Positions 38,905 to 48,653 of a DNA stretch of 64,000 nt are shown here, piece by piece. Source of the DNA: Candidatus Poribacteria bacterium (GTDB lineage Bacteria; Poribacteria; WGA-4E; WGA-3G). The stretch covers positions 4,288,001 to 4,352,000 of the forward strand of contig OZ240248.1 of assembly GCA_965198235.1 (NCBI GenBank), read 5' to 3'. Each line of letters begins with the position of its first letter. Position 1 is the first letter of the stretch. Below the pieces are notes generated by a model. It was not told the DNA's origin. It searched no databases and was given only the letters and a program-made list of their open reading frames with translations. A program made the translations under genes and the position numbers.

Positions 38905-39678
38905 ATGAAAATTTACATTCTAACCGACTTAGAAGGGGTTGCGATGGTATCCCGCTTCAGTCAAACCCGTGAAGAAGGTCCCCAGAAACAGACAGCCATG
39001 AAATTATTGACGCAGGAGTTAAATGCTGCTGTTGATGGCATTCTTGATGTGGATGCAGACGCAGAAATTGTGGTCTGGGATGGACACGGGACTGGCGGCA
39101 TTGATGTGCTCGAATTTCATCCGAAGGCGAAACTCATAGCGCGGGGTCCTATCCGTCCGCCCTACTATCTTGACACGACCTATGACGCGCTCTTTTTCTT
39201 AGGACAACACGCCATGGCAGGCACGCCAAACGCTCCGTTGAGTCATACGTATTCTTCTTTGTCAATTGAATACTACAAACTCAACGGGAAAATGATCGGA
39301 GAATTCGGATGCCGTGCAGCACTCGCAGGCACTTTCAATGTCCCAACGGTTTTCATCTCTGGCGACGATAAAGCGGTTGCAGAAGCGAAGCAACTTATAC
39401 CCAACATTTATGGCGTTGAAACCAAACAGGGGCTCGGACAGGAACTCGCGTTGCATCTATCACCGCAGCGGTCGCGAGAACTGATTCGAGAGGCTGCCGC
39501 GGATGCTTGCCGACATATCACTGAGATTGCCCCATTGAAAATCGATCCACCTTATACGTTTGAAGTCCGGGTGCTTGAAGGTAAATCAATTGATCGGTAC
39601 CTGCAACAGGGCGCGGTGAAGATTGATGATCGCACCGTCAGTTGGCACAGCGATGACCTTTACGCCCTGTCTATTTAG
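38905..39678 (+). CDS. M55 family D-aminopeptidase (DppA-like)
   Basis: MKIYILTDLEG, DGHG, GQHAMAG, LSHT, GEFG, SGDD. Confidence 0.9.
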   Translation: MKIYILTDLEGVAMVSRFSQTREEGPQKQTAMKLLTQELNAAVDGILDVDADAEIVVWDGHGTGGIDVLEFHPKAKLIARGPIRPPYYLDTTYDALFFLGQHAMAGTPNAPLSHTYSSLSIEYYKLNGKMIGEFGCRAALAGTFNVPTVFISGDDKAVAEAKQLIPNIYGVETKQGLGQELALHLSPQRSRELIREAAADACRHITEIAPLKIDPPYTFEVRVLEGKSIDRYLQQGAVKIDDRTVSWHSDDLYALSI

Positions 39679-39679
39679 C

Positions 39680-42600
39680 ATGTCAAACCAGAACACATCT
39701 CTCCAGTCCGGCATCCGAGATAACCTTCGCCGTGGAACAGTTTATGAATTCTTAGCACAAGAAATCAAAAACGGCTCCCTTCTCTCCGTTGTATCCGCAT
39801 ACTTCACCATCAACGCCTTTGAGGCACTGCAAAAACCGCTGAACCAAATAGACAATCTCCGCTTTCTGTTTGGCGACCCGGATTTTATCAAAAGTCTCGA
39901 CCCGAGTAATACCGAGAAAAAAGCGTTTGGAATTACGGACACAGGCTTGGAACTCAGTAAGCAACTCCAACAGAAACCGATCGCGAAAGCCTGTGCCGAA
40001 TGGATAAAAGAGAAGGTCGAAATCCGATCAACACGAGAATCAAACCTCCTCCACGGGAAAATGTATCACATCGCCAATAATGGTGTTGAAAAGGCGATCA
40101 TGGGCAGCTCGAACTTCACCATGCGCGGTTTAGGGTTAACGCAGGAAAGCAACAACATTGAACTGAATCTGGAGGTGGATAGCGACCGCGACCGCAGCGA
40201 CCTGAAAGCATGGTTTGATGAAATCTGGAATGACAACAAACTCGTTGAAGATGTCAAGGGGAAAGTCCTCGCTACATTAGGACAGATAGGCAAAGATCAC
40301 GCGCCAGAACTCATCTATTACAAAACCCTCTACGAACTTTTTCGTGATGAGATCGAAACACGGAAAACTAACGATCAAACCCTTGAAGACACGCATCTGT
40401 ATGACACCAAAATCTGGGAAACGTTGTATGAGTTTCAGAAAGAGGGCGTGAAGAGTGTGATTGCCCGTCTATTACGGCACAACGGCTGTATCTTAGCAGA
40501 CAGCGTCGGTTTAGGAAAAACCTACACGGCACTCGCGGTTATCAAATTCTTTGAATTGCGAAACGAACGTGTGCTCGTCCTATGTCCTAAAAAACTGCAT
40601 GACAACTGGGCACTCTATCCCGCCTATAACTCGCAAGACACGAATCCATTCCTTGATGACAAGTTCGGCTACACGCTGCTGTCGCATACCGACCTCTCCC
40701 GTTACACGGGTGAATCCGGTGGCGTTAATTTGGAAAATTTCAATTGGCGTAATTTCGACATGATAGTGATTGACGAATCACACAATTTCCGCAACGACAC
40801 CAAACCTACCCGTGATGACGACGGCAACTTCGTCCGACACAGTCGCTACACACGGCTTTTGGAGGAGGTTATCAAGAAAGGCACGAAAACAAAGGTGCTG
40901 ATGCTTTCGGCAACACCGGTAAACACCTCGCTCACCGACCTTCGTAATCAGATTTACCTGATGACCGAAAAACGTGAGGATGCCTTCAGGAAAAGTTTGG
41001 GGATCGGTAATATCCGTTCAATGCTACAGCAAGCACAAAAGGCATTCAAGACATGGGAGGAGGACGGAGAAGAGAACGGGAAAAAAGACAAAGCGAAGTT
41101 GCTGGAAACACTCGGTGCCGATTTCTTCCAATTGCTCGGGGGTGTCTCTATCGCCCGTTCCCGACGGCATATTAAAACCTTCTATGCCGACGAAATAGAC
41201 CGGATCGGAGACTTCCCGACACCGCAGAAACCAGAAAATTTCCACCCACCGACCGACTTGACAGGTGAACTCTCCTACAAAGCCTTAGCAGATCAGATAG
41301 GCGAGTTTACACTCTCCATCTATCAACCTTCCAGTTATGTCATCAGCGAGGCAGCGAAACAGCGGTTAGCAGACGAAAAACAGAAATTTCGTTTCAACCA
41401 AGCAGATCGTGAGCGATTCCTTATCGGCATGATGCAGACCAACTTTCTTAAGCGTTTGGAAAGTTCCGCACACTCCCTCTCGGAAACGCTTGAGCGCACC
41501 GTCGGCAAAATTGACGCTATGCTGAAGAAGATTCACAAATATGAACAAAATCCACGTATACAAGACGCACAAGCCGACGTTCTACCTGATGGCGATGAAG
41601 ACGATGAGGAATTTTTGATTAACCGAGCGCGGAATCCTTATCACCTCAGTGAGTTGGATTGCACCCGCTGGAAAAAAGATCTCATCAAAGACAAACAGAT
41701 CTTAACCGCCGCGTGGGACAAAATCAAATCCATCACACCCGCCCGGGATGGCAAACTCAAAGCAATCAAGGCGCGTATTAGAGACAAGGTACTAAACTCA
41801 ACGACTGACAAGGACGGAAAAACCAACCGCAAATTGTTAGTCTTCACGACCTTCAAAGATACGGCGGTCTATCTCTATGAAAACCTGTCAGATATTGCGG
41901 CTGAATTAAACCTGAACATGGCGATGGTTTCAGGAAGCAGCACATACACCACCTGCGGACGAAACAACTTCAACGCTATCCTAACCAATTTTGCTCCGCG
42001 TGCGCGAGGACGTAGCGATAGCACAAGCGAGGACGTTGATCTCCTCATCGTCACGGACTGTATCTCAGAAGGGCAAAATCTTCAGGACTGCGATACGGTA
42101 CTGAACTATGACATCCACTGGAACCCTGTCCGTATTATCCAACGCTTTGGGAGAATTGATCGAATCGGCAGTCGTAATACTACGGTGAAGATGATCAACT
42201 ACTGGCCCACCGAAGACATGGAGGTTTACCTCCGTTTACAAAGCCGCGTGGAATCCCGTATGGCACTCGCCGACGCAGCCGCAAGCGGTGATGACGACCC
42301 GCTGAATGAATTCACTTATGAACAGGCACAGATGGAACTCAATTTCCGTGATGAGCAATTGAAGCAGCTCCGCGAAGATGTCTTAGACCTCGACGACCTC
42401 TCCGACGGAATCGTCATGAGCGATTTTACGTTTGATTACTTCTTTGCCCAATTGCTAAAGTATCTCGAAAGAAACAGGGCGGAATTAGAAGCCACACCGA
42501 AGGGGGCGTACGCCGTCACTACCAACGAAAACAGTCCGACAGAAACCGGTGTCATCTTTTTCCTCCAGCAACTTAATGCCACGACGGATATTGAGAAAAA

Positions 42601-42973
42601 GACACCGAGTCCCATCTACCCTTATTATACTGTCTACATCCGTAAAAACGGCGACATCCGTTACGGATGTGCAAACGCCAAACAGGTGTTAGATCTGTTT
42701 GAAGCGTCGGTTGTCGGAAGAAGCGATGAATTGCCAGAGTTGTGTCTCCAATTCGACCAAGAGACACAAAACGGCAAGAATATGGAAGCGTATAATAAAC
42801 TTCTGAACGCCGTCATTGCTCACATCACACGATCACATCAAAAAACGCAAACCCAAAACTTGGGCAGAGGTGGCACGCGCGGTTTCAAACTACCAGTCGC
42901 ATCCGAAGCCCCCAGGGACTCCAGCGATTTTGAACTGGTAACGTGGCTAATCATCACAACACGACCATCTTGA
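39680..42973 (+). CDS. PLD-nuclease / SNF2-type helicase fusion (restriction subunit-like)
   Basis: HGKMY..GSSNFT PLD motif; ADSVGLGKT, IDESHNFRN, LSATP, SEGQNLQD, QRFGRIDRIG. Confidence 0.9.
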   Translation: MSNQNTSLQSGIRDNLRRGTVYEFLAQEIKNGSLLSVVSAYFTINAFEALQKPLNQIDNLRFLFGDPDFIKSLDPSNTEKKAFGITDTGLELSKQLQQKPIAKACAEWIKEKVEIRSTRESNLLHGKMYHIANNGVEKAIMGSSNFTMRGLGLTQESNNIELNLEVDSDRDRSDLKAWFDEIWNDNKLVEDVKGKVLATLGQIGKDHAPELIYYKTLYELFRDEIETRKTNDQTLEDTHLYDTKIWETLYEFQKEGVKSVIARLLRHNGCILADSVGLGKTYTALAVIKFFELRNERVLVLCPKKLHDNWALYPAYNSQDTNPFLDDKFGYTLLSHTDLSRYTGESGGVNLENFNWRNFDMIVIDESHNFRNDTKPTRDDDGNFVRHSRYTRLLEEVIKKGTKTKVLMLSATPVNTSLTDLRNQIYLMTEKREDAFRKSLGIGNIRSMLQQAQKAFKTWEEDGEENGKKDKAKLLETLGADFFQLLGGVSIARSRRHIKTFYADEIDRIGDFPTPQKPENFHPPTDLTGELSYKALADQIGEFTLSIYQPSSYVISEAAKQRLADEKQKFRFNQADRERFLIGMMQTNFLKRLESSAHSLSETLERTVGKIDAMLKKIHKYEQNPRIQDAQADVLPDGDEDDEEFLINRARNPYHLSELDCTRWKKDLIKDKQILTAAWDKIKSITPARDGKLKAIKARIRDKVLNSTTDKDGKTNRKLLVFTTFKDTAVYLYENLSDIAAELNLNMAMVSGSSTYTTCGRNNFNAILTNFAPRARGRSDSTSEDVDLLIVTDCISEGQNLQDCDTVLNYDIHWNPVRIIQRFGRIDRIGSRNTTVKMINYWPTEDMEVYLRLQSRVESRMALADAAASGDDDPLNEFTYEQAQMELNFRDEQLKQLREDVLDLDDLSDGIVMSDFTFDYFFAQLLKYLERNRAELEATPKGAYAVTTNENSPTETGVIFFLQQLNATTDIEKKTPSPIYPYYTVYIRKNGDIRYGCANAKQVLDLFEASVVGRSDELPELCLQFDQETQNGKNMEAYNKLLNAVIAHITRSHQKTQTQNLGRGGTRGFKLPVASEAPRDSSDFELVTWLIITTRPS

Positions 42974-43079
42974 CTTTTTATAATAGTACATGGTATTATA
43001 TTTCAAACATTGATGTAGATGCTGATTGGTTCAACCTCGCGTAGCCACTTATCGCTTATAGGTAGACGAAAAATCGTCA

Positions 43080-43418
43080 ATGCGTAACGCACGTCCGCGG
43101 ACAATAAATTTTTACCAGATTCCAAACGGTCCTGAACCTTTTACAAGATGGTTACTTTCAATTCGGGATACAAGCATACGACGGATTCAAGCGCGAATTA
43201 TTGTTATTGAAACCGGCAATCTTGGCGACCATAGATCTGTAGGTGATGGGGTTTGGGAACTACGACTTGACTTCGGACCAGGCTATCGTATCTATTATGG
43301 TGAAGTAGATAACACAGTTGTTCTGCTCCTCTGTGGAGGCGACAAGTCTTCGCAGAGACGGGATATAGAACGCGCAAAAAACTATTGGAAAGAATACAAA
43401 GAGAGGCACAAACAATGA
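43080..43418 (+). CDS. RelE/ParE-superfamily toxin (addiction module killer type)
   Basis: GNLGDHRSVGDGVWELRLDFGPGYRIYY..LLLCGGDKSSQRRDIERA. Confidence 0.9.
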   Translation: MRNARPRTINFYQIPNGPEPFTRWLLSIRDTSIRRIQARIIVIETGNLGDHRSVGDGVWELRLDFGPGYRIYYGEVDNTVVLLLCGGDKSSQRRDIERAKNYWKEYKERHKQ

Positions 43419-43804
43419 AAATCTACGGAACATGGCATGCTTTCCTCATTGAACAACTCAAGGAAAAAGAAGATGTGGGAGGGTTTCTCGATGCAGTCAT
43501 CGAAGAATATCAGATCCACCGGAATCTCGCCACAGTTCAATTGGCTCTTCAGTATGTCGTTGAAGCACAAGGCGGAATTTCCGAACTCGCCCCAAAAATA
43601 GACATTGAACCACAAGTACTCTCGGAAATGTTAGATAGCACTAAAACACCAAAGACTGACACGCTTAGAACCGTACTCATTGCTTTGGGATGCCATCCTT
43701 CAATTAAGTCTTTAGAAACTGTAAATACCCCTACTGCAGCCGCAACTGATGGATCTGCAGTTGCACCCATAGAGGCTGTAGACCCTAACCGTAACCTTGA
43801 TTAA
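43415..43804 (+). CDS. HTH antitoxin (addiction module antidote type)
   Basis: ATGA overlap with toxin; ALQYVVEAQGGISELA..PKTDTLRTVLIALG. Confidence 0.8.
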   Translation: MKIYGTWHAFLIEQLKEKEDVGGFLDAVIEEYQIHRNLATVQLALQYVVEAQGGISELAPKIDIEPQVLSEMLDSTKTPKTDTLRTVLIALGCHPSIKSLETVNTPTAAATDGSAVAPIEAVDPNRNLD

Positions 43805-43942
43805 TACCACGTTTCAATAAAGGAAAGAGGGATACACGCCTGAATAGAACTGCATAAGTCGTTAGAACCTATTCACAAATAGTTGAAAATAATAGGGGCT
43901 GGCACACACTGCCACCCCATTTTTTATAGGAATTACAGCATA

Positions 43943-46900
43943 ATGAACAAGGAAGCGATCAAATCTACCTTAGCAGCCATATCCGCTGGTGATCTTTTGG
44001 AAAAATCAAAAGACCTCTTGGCAACTTTAGGTTACTGTAGTGAACGGACGCTTGAACTTTCAGGAACCGTGGACGATTTCATTCAGGAATTTGAGGCACT
44101 GAATCCAAACACCAAGACTGAACAGGAATTCCGCAACAACGCCGAATCCGTGAAACTCGTGTTCCAGTTTACCAGCGACGAAATCGCTGATGACCTGCAG
44201 CAGACGCTTTTTGAATCCGCTTCTTTCGACAAGGGAAATACAGACAGTTTTCTTTTCTGTGCGGTTGAATTAAAGGATAACAATTATTCACGGACCAAAT
44301 ACGCCGAGTTTACACGAGAAATCAATAAGCGATTGGGCGCGCCGACTGTGGTGTTATTCCGCGTTGTAAATCGTCTGATCGTCGCTTTTGTCGGTCGCCG
44401 TCCACACAAGGCTGACACAGATCGCGATGTCCTGGAGCAGGTCACACTGATTAAAGACATCCGCCTAAACAATCCGCACCGTGCACATCTGGACATTCTG
44501 TCCGAACTCTCACTTGAAGAATGTGCTACGTGGATGGATGCCAACAGAAAACCAAAAAACTTCGACGGTTTGCTGGCAGCGTGGCTCGCCAAACTGGACA
44601 CCGAAGAACTCAATAAGCAATTCTATCGGAAACTGTTCGCATGGTATGAATGGGCAGTAGAGGAAGCGAAGTTTCCAACAGATGAAAACCGCGTTTTGGA
44701 ACCGGCGGAACATGTCATCCGCCTCATCACACGCCTGCTCTTTATCTGGTTCATCAAGGAAAAAGGACTGGTCGCCGAGGAGTTGTTTAACAAATCACAA
44801 ATCCAAGGACTGTTGAAAGAGGATGCCTTCGATAACGGTGATTCCTACTATCGTGTTGTGTTACAAAACCTCTTTTTCGCCACGCTCAACACCGAGATAG
44901 GCAATCGAAAGTTTAGCACCGTTGGCTACTCCACTCATCGTGATTTCTCACGGTACCGTTATAAAAATCAGATGCGCGACCCTGACAAACTATTGGGCAT
45001 GTTTGTTACAATACCTTTCATCAACGGTGGTTTGTTCGATTGTCTGGATAGCTGGGAAGCAACGGGTGAAGATAGTTACCGTATAGATTGCTTTTCCGAC
45101 AAACAGTACAAGAAACTGTCCATCCCGAACCGTCTCTTTTTTGACAACGTCCGAGGGCTGCTTCCCTTACTTGAGCATTACAAATTCACCGTTGAGGAAA
45201 ACACACCGATTGAGCAGGAGGTGGCACTTGACCCAGAATTGCTCGGCAGAGCATTTGAAAATCTACTCGCTGCCTATAACCCGGAAACCGGTGCAACGGT
45301 GCGTAAACAGACCGGATCCTACTACACCCCGCGTGCTATTGTCGATTACATGGTGGAAGAAGCGTTAGTCGCTACGTTATCCCAAAAATGCGACCCAACC
45401 GATGGCGACACCAAACTGTGGGATGAACGTTTACATTATCTCCTCGACTATGCCCAAACTTTCGATGATGCCAACGAATGGTTTGATGATCTTGAGACAG
45501 ATGGAATTGTCCGAGCAATTTCCGAACTCAAGATACTCGATCCGGCAGTCGGCTCTGGAGCGTTCCCAATGGGAATGCTGCACAAACTGACGCTTGCACT
45601 GCGGAGACTTGACCCAGACAACAGCCGATGGGAAAAGTTACAGAAGGAACGCGCGATACAACGAGCAGAAATAGCGTTTGATACACAGCACGACCCAACG
45701 CGGCGTGAAGAACTCATCGAAATCGATGAAACCTTTAAACGTTACCGAGATTCAGACTTCGGACGGAAGTTGTATCTAATCCAAAACAGCATCTTCGGCG
45801 TTGACATCCAACCCGTGGCGTGCCAGATTGCTAAACTCCGATTTTTCATATCTCTCGCAATCGAGCAGGAACCGGAGCAAGACGCAGAGAACTTCGGTAT
45901 CAAACCGTTGCCGAATTTGGAGACGCGCTTTATCGCGGCAAACACACTGATAGGGCTCACAGCACAACGGATGCTGACAAGTAACACCGCGCGAGATTTG
46001 GAACAGCAACTGAGCGACAACCGCGAGCGGCATTTCCACGCCACCGCTCGTCAGCGTAAACGTGAATGCAAGCGAAAAGACGAGAAATTGCGCCGGGAAT
46101 TGGCAGCGGAATTAAAAAGCATGGGTATGCCCGACAATGATGCTGAAAGGATTGCTCGTTGGGATCCTTATGACCAAAACGCCACAGCCAATTGGTTTGA
46201 CTCGGAGTGGATGTTTGGAATCATTGACGGGTTCGATGTCGTAATTGGCAATCCCCCATATATTAATATTGAGAATCTTCCTATTGCAACCAAGGATTAT
46301 CTGTTCAATAACTATCGATCCTGTCAAGGAAGAACTGATATTTACATTGCTTTCCTTGAAAAATCTATTTCTATCCTTAGTGTCAAGGGAATTATGGGTT
46401 TCATTCTTCCTTACGCTTTCGCTATGCAAAAATACGGCGAGAAAATGCGTCAGATCCTGATAGAAAATCATACTATTCGGGAAATCGTGGATGCCAGTAG
46501 TTACAGAATTTTTGAGAACGCTGTTGTGTATAACATCATCTTGACAGTTGGTAATCATAAAGTGCAAGACCATACGAAAGTCCGCTTACATCACAGCAAT
46601 GCAGATTTTGACGAGCGTGGAGGCGAGGAATTCTTGATTGATCAACACACCTTTGCAAAACTCAAAGATTCTCGCTTTGAAACCAACACTCATGTATTTG
46701 ACAGTATCGAGATAAAAGAAAAGATATGGCGGAGCTCCGTTCGTTTCGACCAGATTTGCCTTGTTGCCTACGGTGCTCGACTCAATCACCGATCAAAAAA
46801 GTTGGGAAAAACGCACTATATCAGCCGGTCTCCAGTTTCAGTCAGCAAGAGGTTTTGCGAAGGAAAGAGCATTGAACGTTACTCGTTTGCTCAGGTGGGT

Positions 46901-47437
46901 TGGTTGAACTATAGACCAGATGAACACTACAACCCGATGTTTCCAGAGTTGTTTGAAAACAAGAAACTAATGTTCATCAATGTTGTGAAAGATCGGTTGC
47001 GCTTCGCTTATGACGATGAAGGTTTTTACAACAGTCACACAGTTGTAAATTGCGTCCGATTGGATTTGCTTTTAGGCGTATCCCATGTCTCCGCACGTCG
47101 CGCGGTCCGAAGTGTTGATATCAATCTCGCCAAGAAGTATGATTACAAATTTCTTCTGGGAGTTCTAAATTCTAACTTTATGAACTGGTACTTCCGTAAC
47201 TTCTTAAGCGAGGGGCTACACTTTTATCCGAATGATGCCAAAGCGTTGCCTATCCCTGATGTAGCACCTGAACAACAAACTCCTATTATTGAACTTGTGG
47301 ATCAAATCCTTGATACCAAACGGGATAACTCGGATGCAGACACTTCTGTTTTTGAAAATAAGATTGACAAACTGGTATACGTCTTATACGGCTTAACCGA
47401 CGATGAGATTGCGATTGTGGAGGATGCGGTGGAGTAA
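43943..47437 (+). CDS. Eco57I/Type IIG-like N6-adenine DNA methyltransferase with TaqI-like target recognition domain
   Basis: LNGGLF-like FINGGLF, TGSYYTP, ILDPAVGSGAF, FDVVIGNPPY, C-terminal IDKLVYVLYGLT. Confidence 0.9.
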   Translation: MNKEAIKSTLAAISAGDLLEKSKDLLATLGYCSERTLELSGTVDDFIQEFEALNPNTKTEQEFRNNAESVKLVFQFTSDEIADDLQQTLFESASFDKGNTDSFLFCAVELKDNNYSRTKYAEFTREINKRLGAPTVVLFRVVNRLIVAFVGRRPHKADTDRDVLEQVTLIKDIRLNNPHRAHLDILSELSLEECATWMDANRKPKNFDGLLAAWLAKLDTEELNKQFYRKLFAWYEWAVEEAKFPTDENRVLEPAEHVIRLITRLLFIWFIKEKGLVAEELFNKSQIQGLLKEDAFDNGDSYYRVVLQNLFFATLNTEIGNRKFSTVGYSTHRDFSRYRYKNQMRDPDKLLGMFVTIPFINGGLFDCLDSWEATGEDSYRIDCFSDKQYKKLSIPNRLFFDNVRGLLPLLEHYKFTVEENTPIEQEVALDPELLGRAFENLLAAYNPETGATVRKQTGSYYTPRAIVDYMVEEALVATLSQKCDPTDGDTKLWDERLHYLLDYAQTFDDANEWFDDLETDGIVRAISELKILDPAVGSGAFPMGMLHKLTLALRRLDPDNSRWEKLQKERAIQRAEIAFDTQHDPTRREELIEIDETFKRYRDSDFGRKLYLIQNSIFGVDIQPVACQIAKLRFFISLAIEQEPEQDAENFGIKPLPNLETRFIAANTLIGLTAQRMLTSNTARDLEQQLSDNRERHFHATARQRKRECKRKDEKLRRELAAELKSMGMPDNDAERIARWDPYDQNATANWFDSEWMFGIIDGFDVVIGNPPYINIENLPIATKDYLFNNYRSCQGRTDIYIAFLEKSISILSVKGIMGFILPYAFAMQKYGEKMRQILIENHTIREIVDASSYRIFENAVVYNIILTVGNHKVQDHTKVRLHHSNADFDERGGEEFLIDQHTFAKLKDSRFETNTHVFDSIEIKEKIWRSSVRFDQICLVAYGARLNHRSKKLGKTHYISRSPVSVSKRFCEGKSIERYSFAQVGWLNYRPDEHYNPMFPELFENKKLMFINVVKDRLRFAYDDEGFYNSHTVVNCVRLDLLLGVSHVSARRAVRSVDINLAKKYDYKFLLGVLNSNFMNWYFRNFLSEGLHFYPNDAKALPIPDVAPEQQTPIIELVDQILDTKRDNSDADTSVFENKIDKLVYVLYGLTDDEIAIVEDAVE

Positions 47438-47439
47438 AT

Positions 47440-47564
47440 TGTCTGAATCGCGGATTACACGGATTGCGCAGATTTCACGGACTTTTGGGATTTGCATCAT
47501 CCGTGTCAGTAGGATAAGTTGTCTGAATCACGGATTACACGGATTACACAGATTTCACGGATTT
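47440..47564 (+). repeat. Left repeat array of GxxExxY locus (2 x 45 bp, 9-bp internal period)
   Basis: TGTCTGAATCGCGGATTACACGGATTGCGCAGATTTCACGGACTT (47440-47484) and TGTCTGAATCACGGATTACACGGATTACACAGATTTCACGGATTT (47520-47564). Confidence 0.9.
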
Positions 47565-47627
47565 CAACCTGTGCTACATATACCCCTTGTGATTCAGATA
47601 GTCATAAGAATGAGGGATACTGCAAAA

Positions 47628-48035
47628 ATGAACAATAATCTAAAACATAAGGATGTAACTCAGAAGATTATCGGAGCTGCCTTTGAAGTACATAAGTTTT
47701 TAGGGAGCGGTTTCCAAGAGGTAATTTACCAACGAGCATTGGCATTTGAAATGAGGAAAGCAGGACTGGAGTTTGCCCGGGAAATTGAGCAGGATATTTT
47801 CTATAAGGATTTTCCAGAACCTATCGGCACACGTAGAGCAGATTTTGTGGTCGCAGGAAATGTGTTGGTGGAATTAAAGGCTATTACGGCATTAAAAGAT
47901 GTGCACGAGGCACAACTTTTAAATTATTTGAAAGCGTATCGGTTAGAAATCGGTTTATTACTCAATTTCGGGTCAAAGAGTTTGGAAATCAAAAGACTGA
48001 TTCTTACACAACCCACTCGCAGATTCAAGAGCTAA
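47628..48035 (+). CDS. GxxExxY protein (PD-(D/E)xK nuclease family)
   Basis: IIGAAFEVHKFLGSGFQEVIYQRAL, RADFVV..VELKA, QLLNYL, GLLLNFG. Confidence 0.95.
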   Translation: MNNNLKHKDVTQKIIGAAFEVHKFLGSGFQEVIYQRALAFEMRKAGLEFAREIEQDIFYKDFPEPIGTRRADFVVAGNVLVELKAITALKDVHEAQLLNYLKAYRLEIGLLLNFGSKSLEIKRLILTQPTRRFKS

Positions 48036-48059
48036 CGGAAGCAATAAAACAGCCTCTTC

Positions 48060-48373
48060 AATCCGCGTCATCTGCGTAATCCGTGATAATCCGCGATTCT
48101 GACAAATACACTCCCAATGATATAACAGAGCAAAACATGACACATAAGCCAGAAAGATAACCCCAATTAGAGAAACCCAAAAATCCGCGTCATCCGTGAA
48201 AATTCGAGATTCAGACAGACGCGCAGAGCAGTTCCGTGACAGCGACTCTTTCAATCCGCGTCATCCGCGTCATCCGCGTCATCCGCGATTCAGACAATAG
48301 AGAGAACCCGCCTCCAAACTTCAAGATTTCTCAATCTGCATCTGCGTCATCCGTGACAATCCGCGATTCTGAC
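48060..48373 (-). repeat. Right repeat array of GxxExxY locus (4 copies, inverted relative to left array)
   Basis: Copies at 48060-48104, 48182-48217, 48253-48296, 48333-48373, each ending GATTC(A/T)GAC. Confidence 0.9.
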
Positions 48374-48458
48374 TTGTTCGCAAAATTGAGATTGCTAAAC
48401 GAGTGCATACATGGTATGATTTAACATTAGAGGGAATCCGCATCGTGGAGAACAGAAT

Positions 48459-48653
48459 TTGAACGCGCAAAAAACCGAACTGAACAGGATTTTGGAGATA
48501 ATCGGTAGAATAGCGGAAACAACTGCCGATGGCGACTACATTTACCGCGGTGAACCTCAACACTATGAGGAAGTATCCTCAAGTCTGTGGCGTGAATGCA
48601 GAAAAGAAGGAGACATAAAACATGCAAACACGGACAGATCAGGCATCTTATGA
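48459..48653 (+). pseudogene. N-terminal fragment of an FRG-domain protein
   Basis: DYIYRGE..VSSSLWR matches the start of FRG domains; frame ends after 64 aa, overlapping the TPR ORF. Confidence 0.6.

Noticed and set aside
39680-47437. DISARM or BREX system
   Set aside because: No drmA/drmB or brxC/pglZ-like genes nearby; only the helicase and methylase are present
47403-47627. N-terminal extension of GxxExxY given in the ORF track
   Set aside because: It translates the repeat array (HGLHGLHRFHG) and overlaps the methylase end; the family domain starts at ATG 47628
47440-48373. Canonical CRISPR array
   Set aside because: Repeats vary in length and sequence, are internally periodic, point in opposite directions on each side, one gap contains repeat-derived sequence, and no cas genes are present
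47973-48563. Short ORFs such as IRVIRVIRVIRDSD
   Set aside because: Products of the 9-bp repeat period, with no RBS or domain evidence
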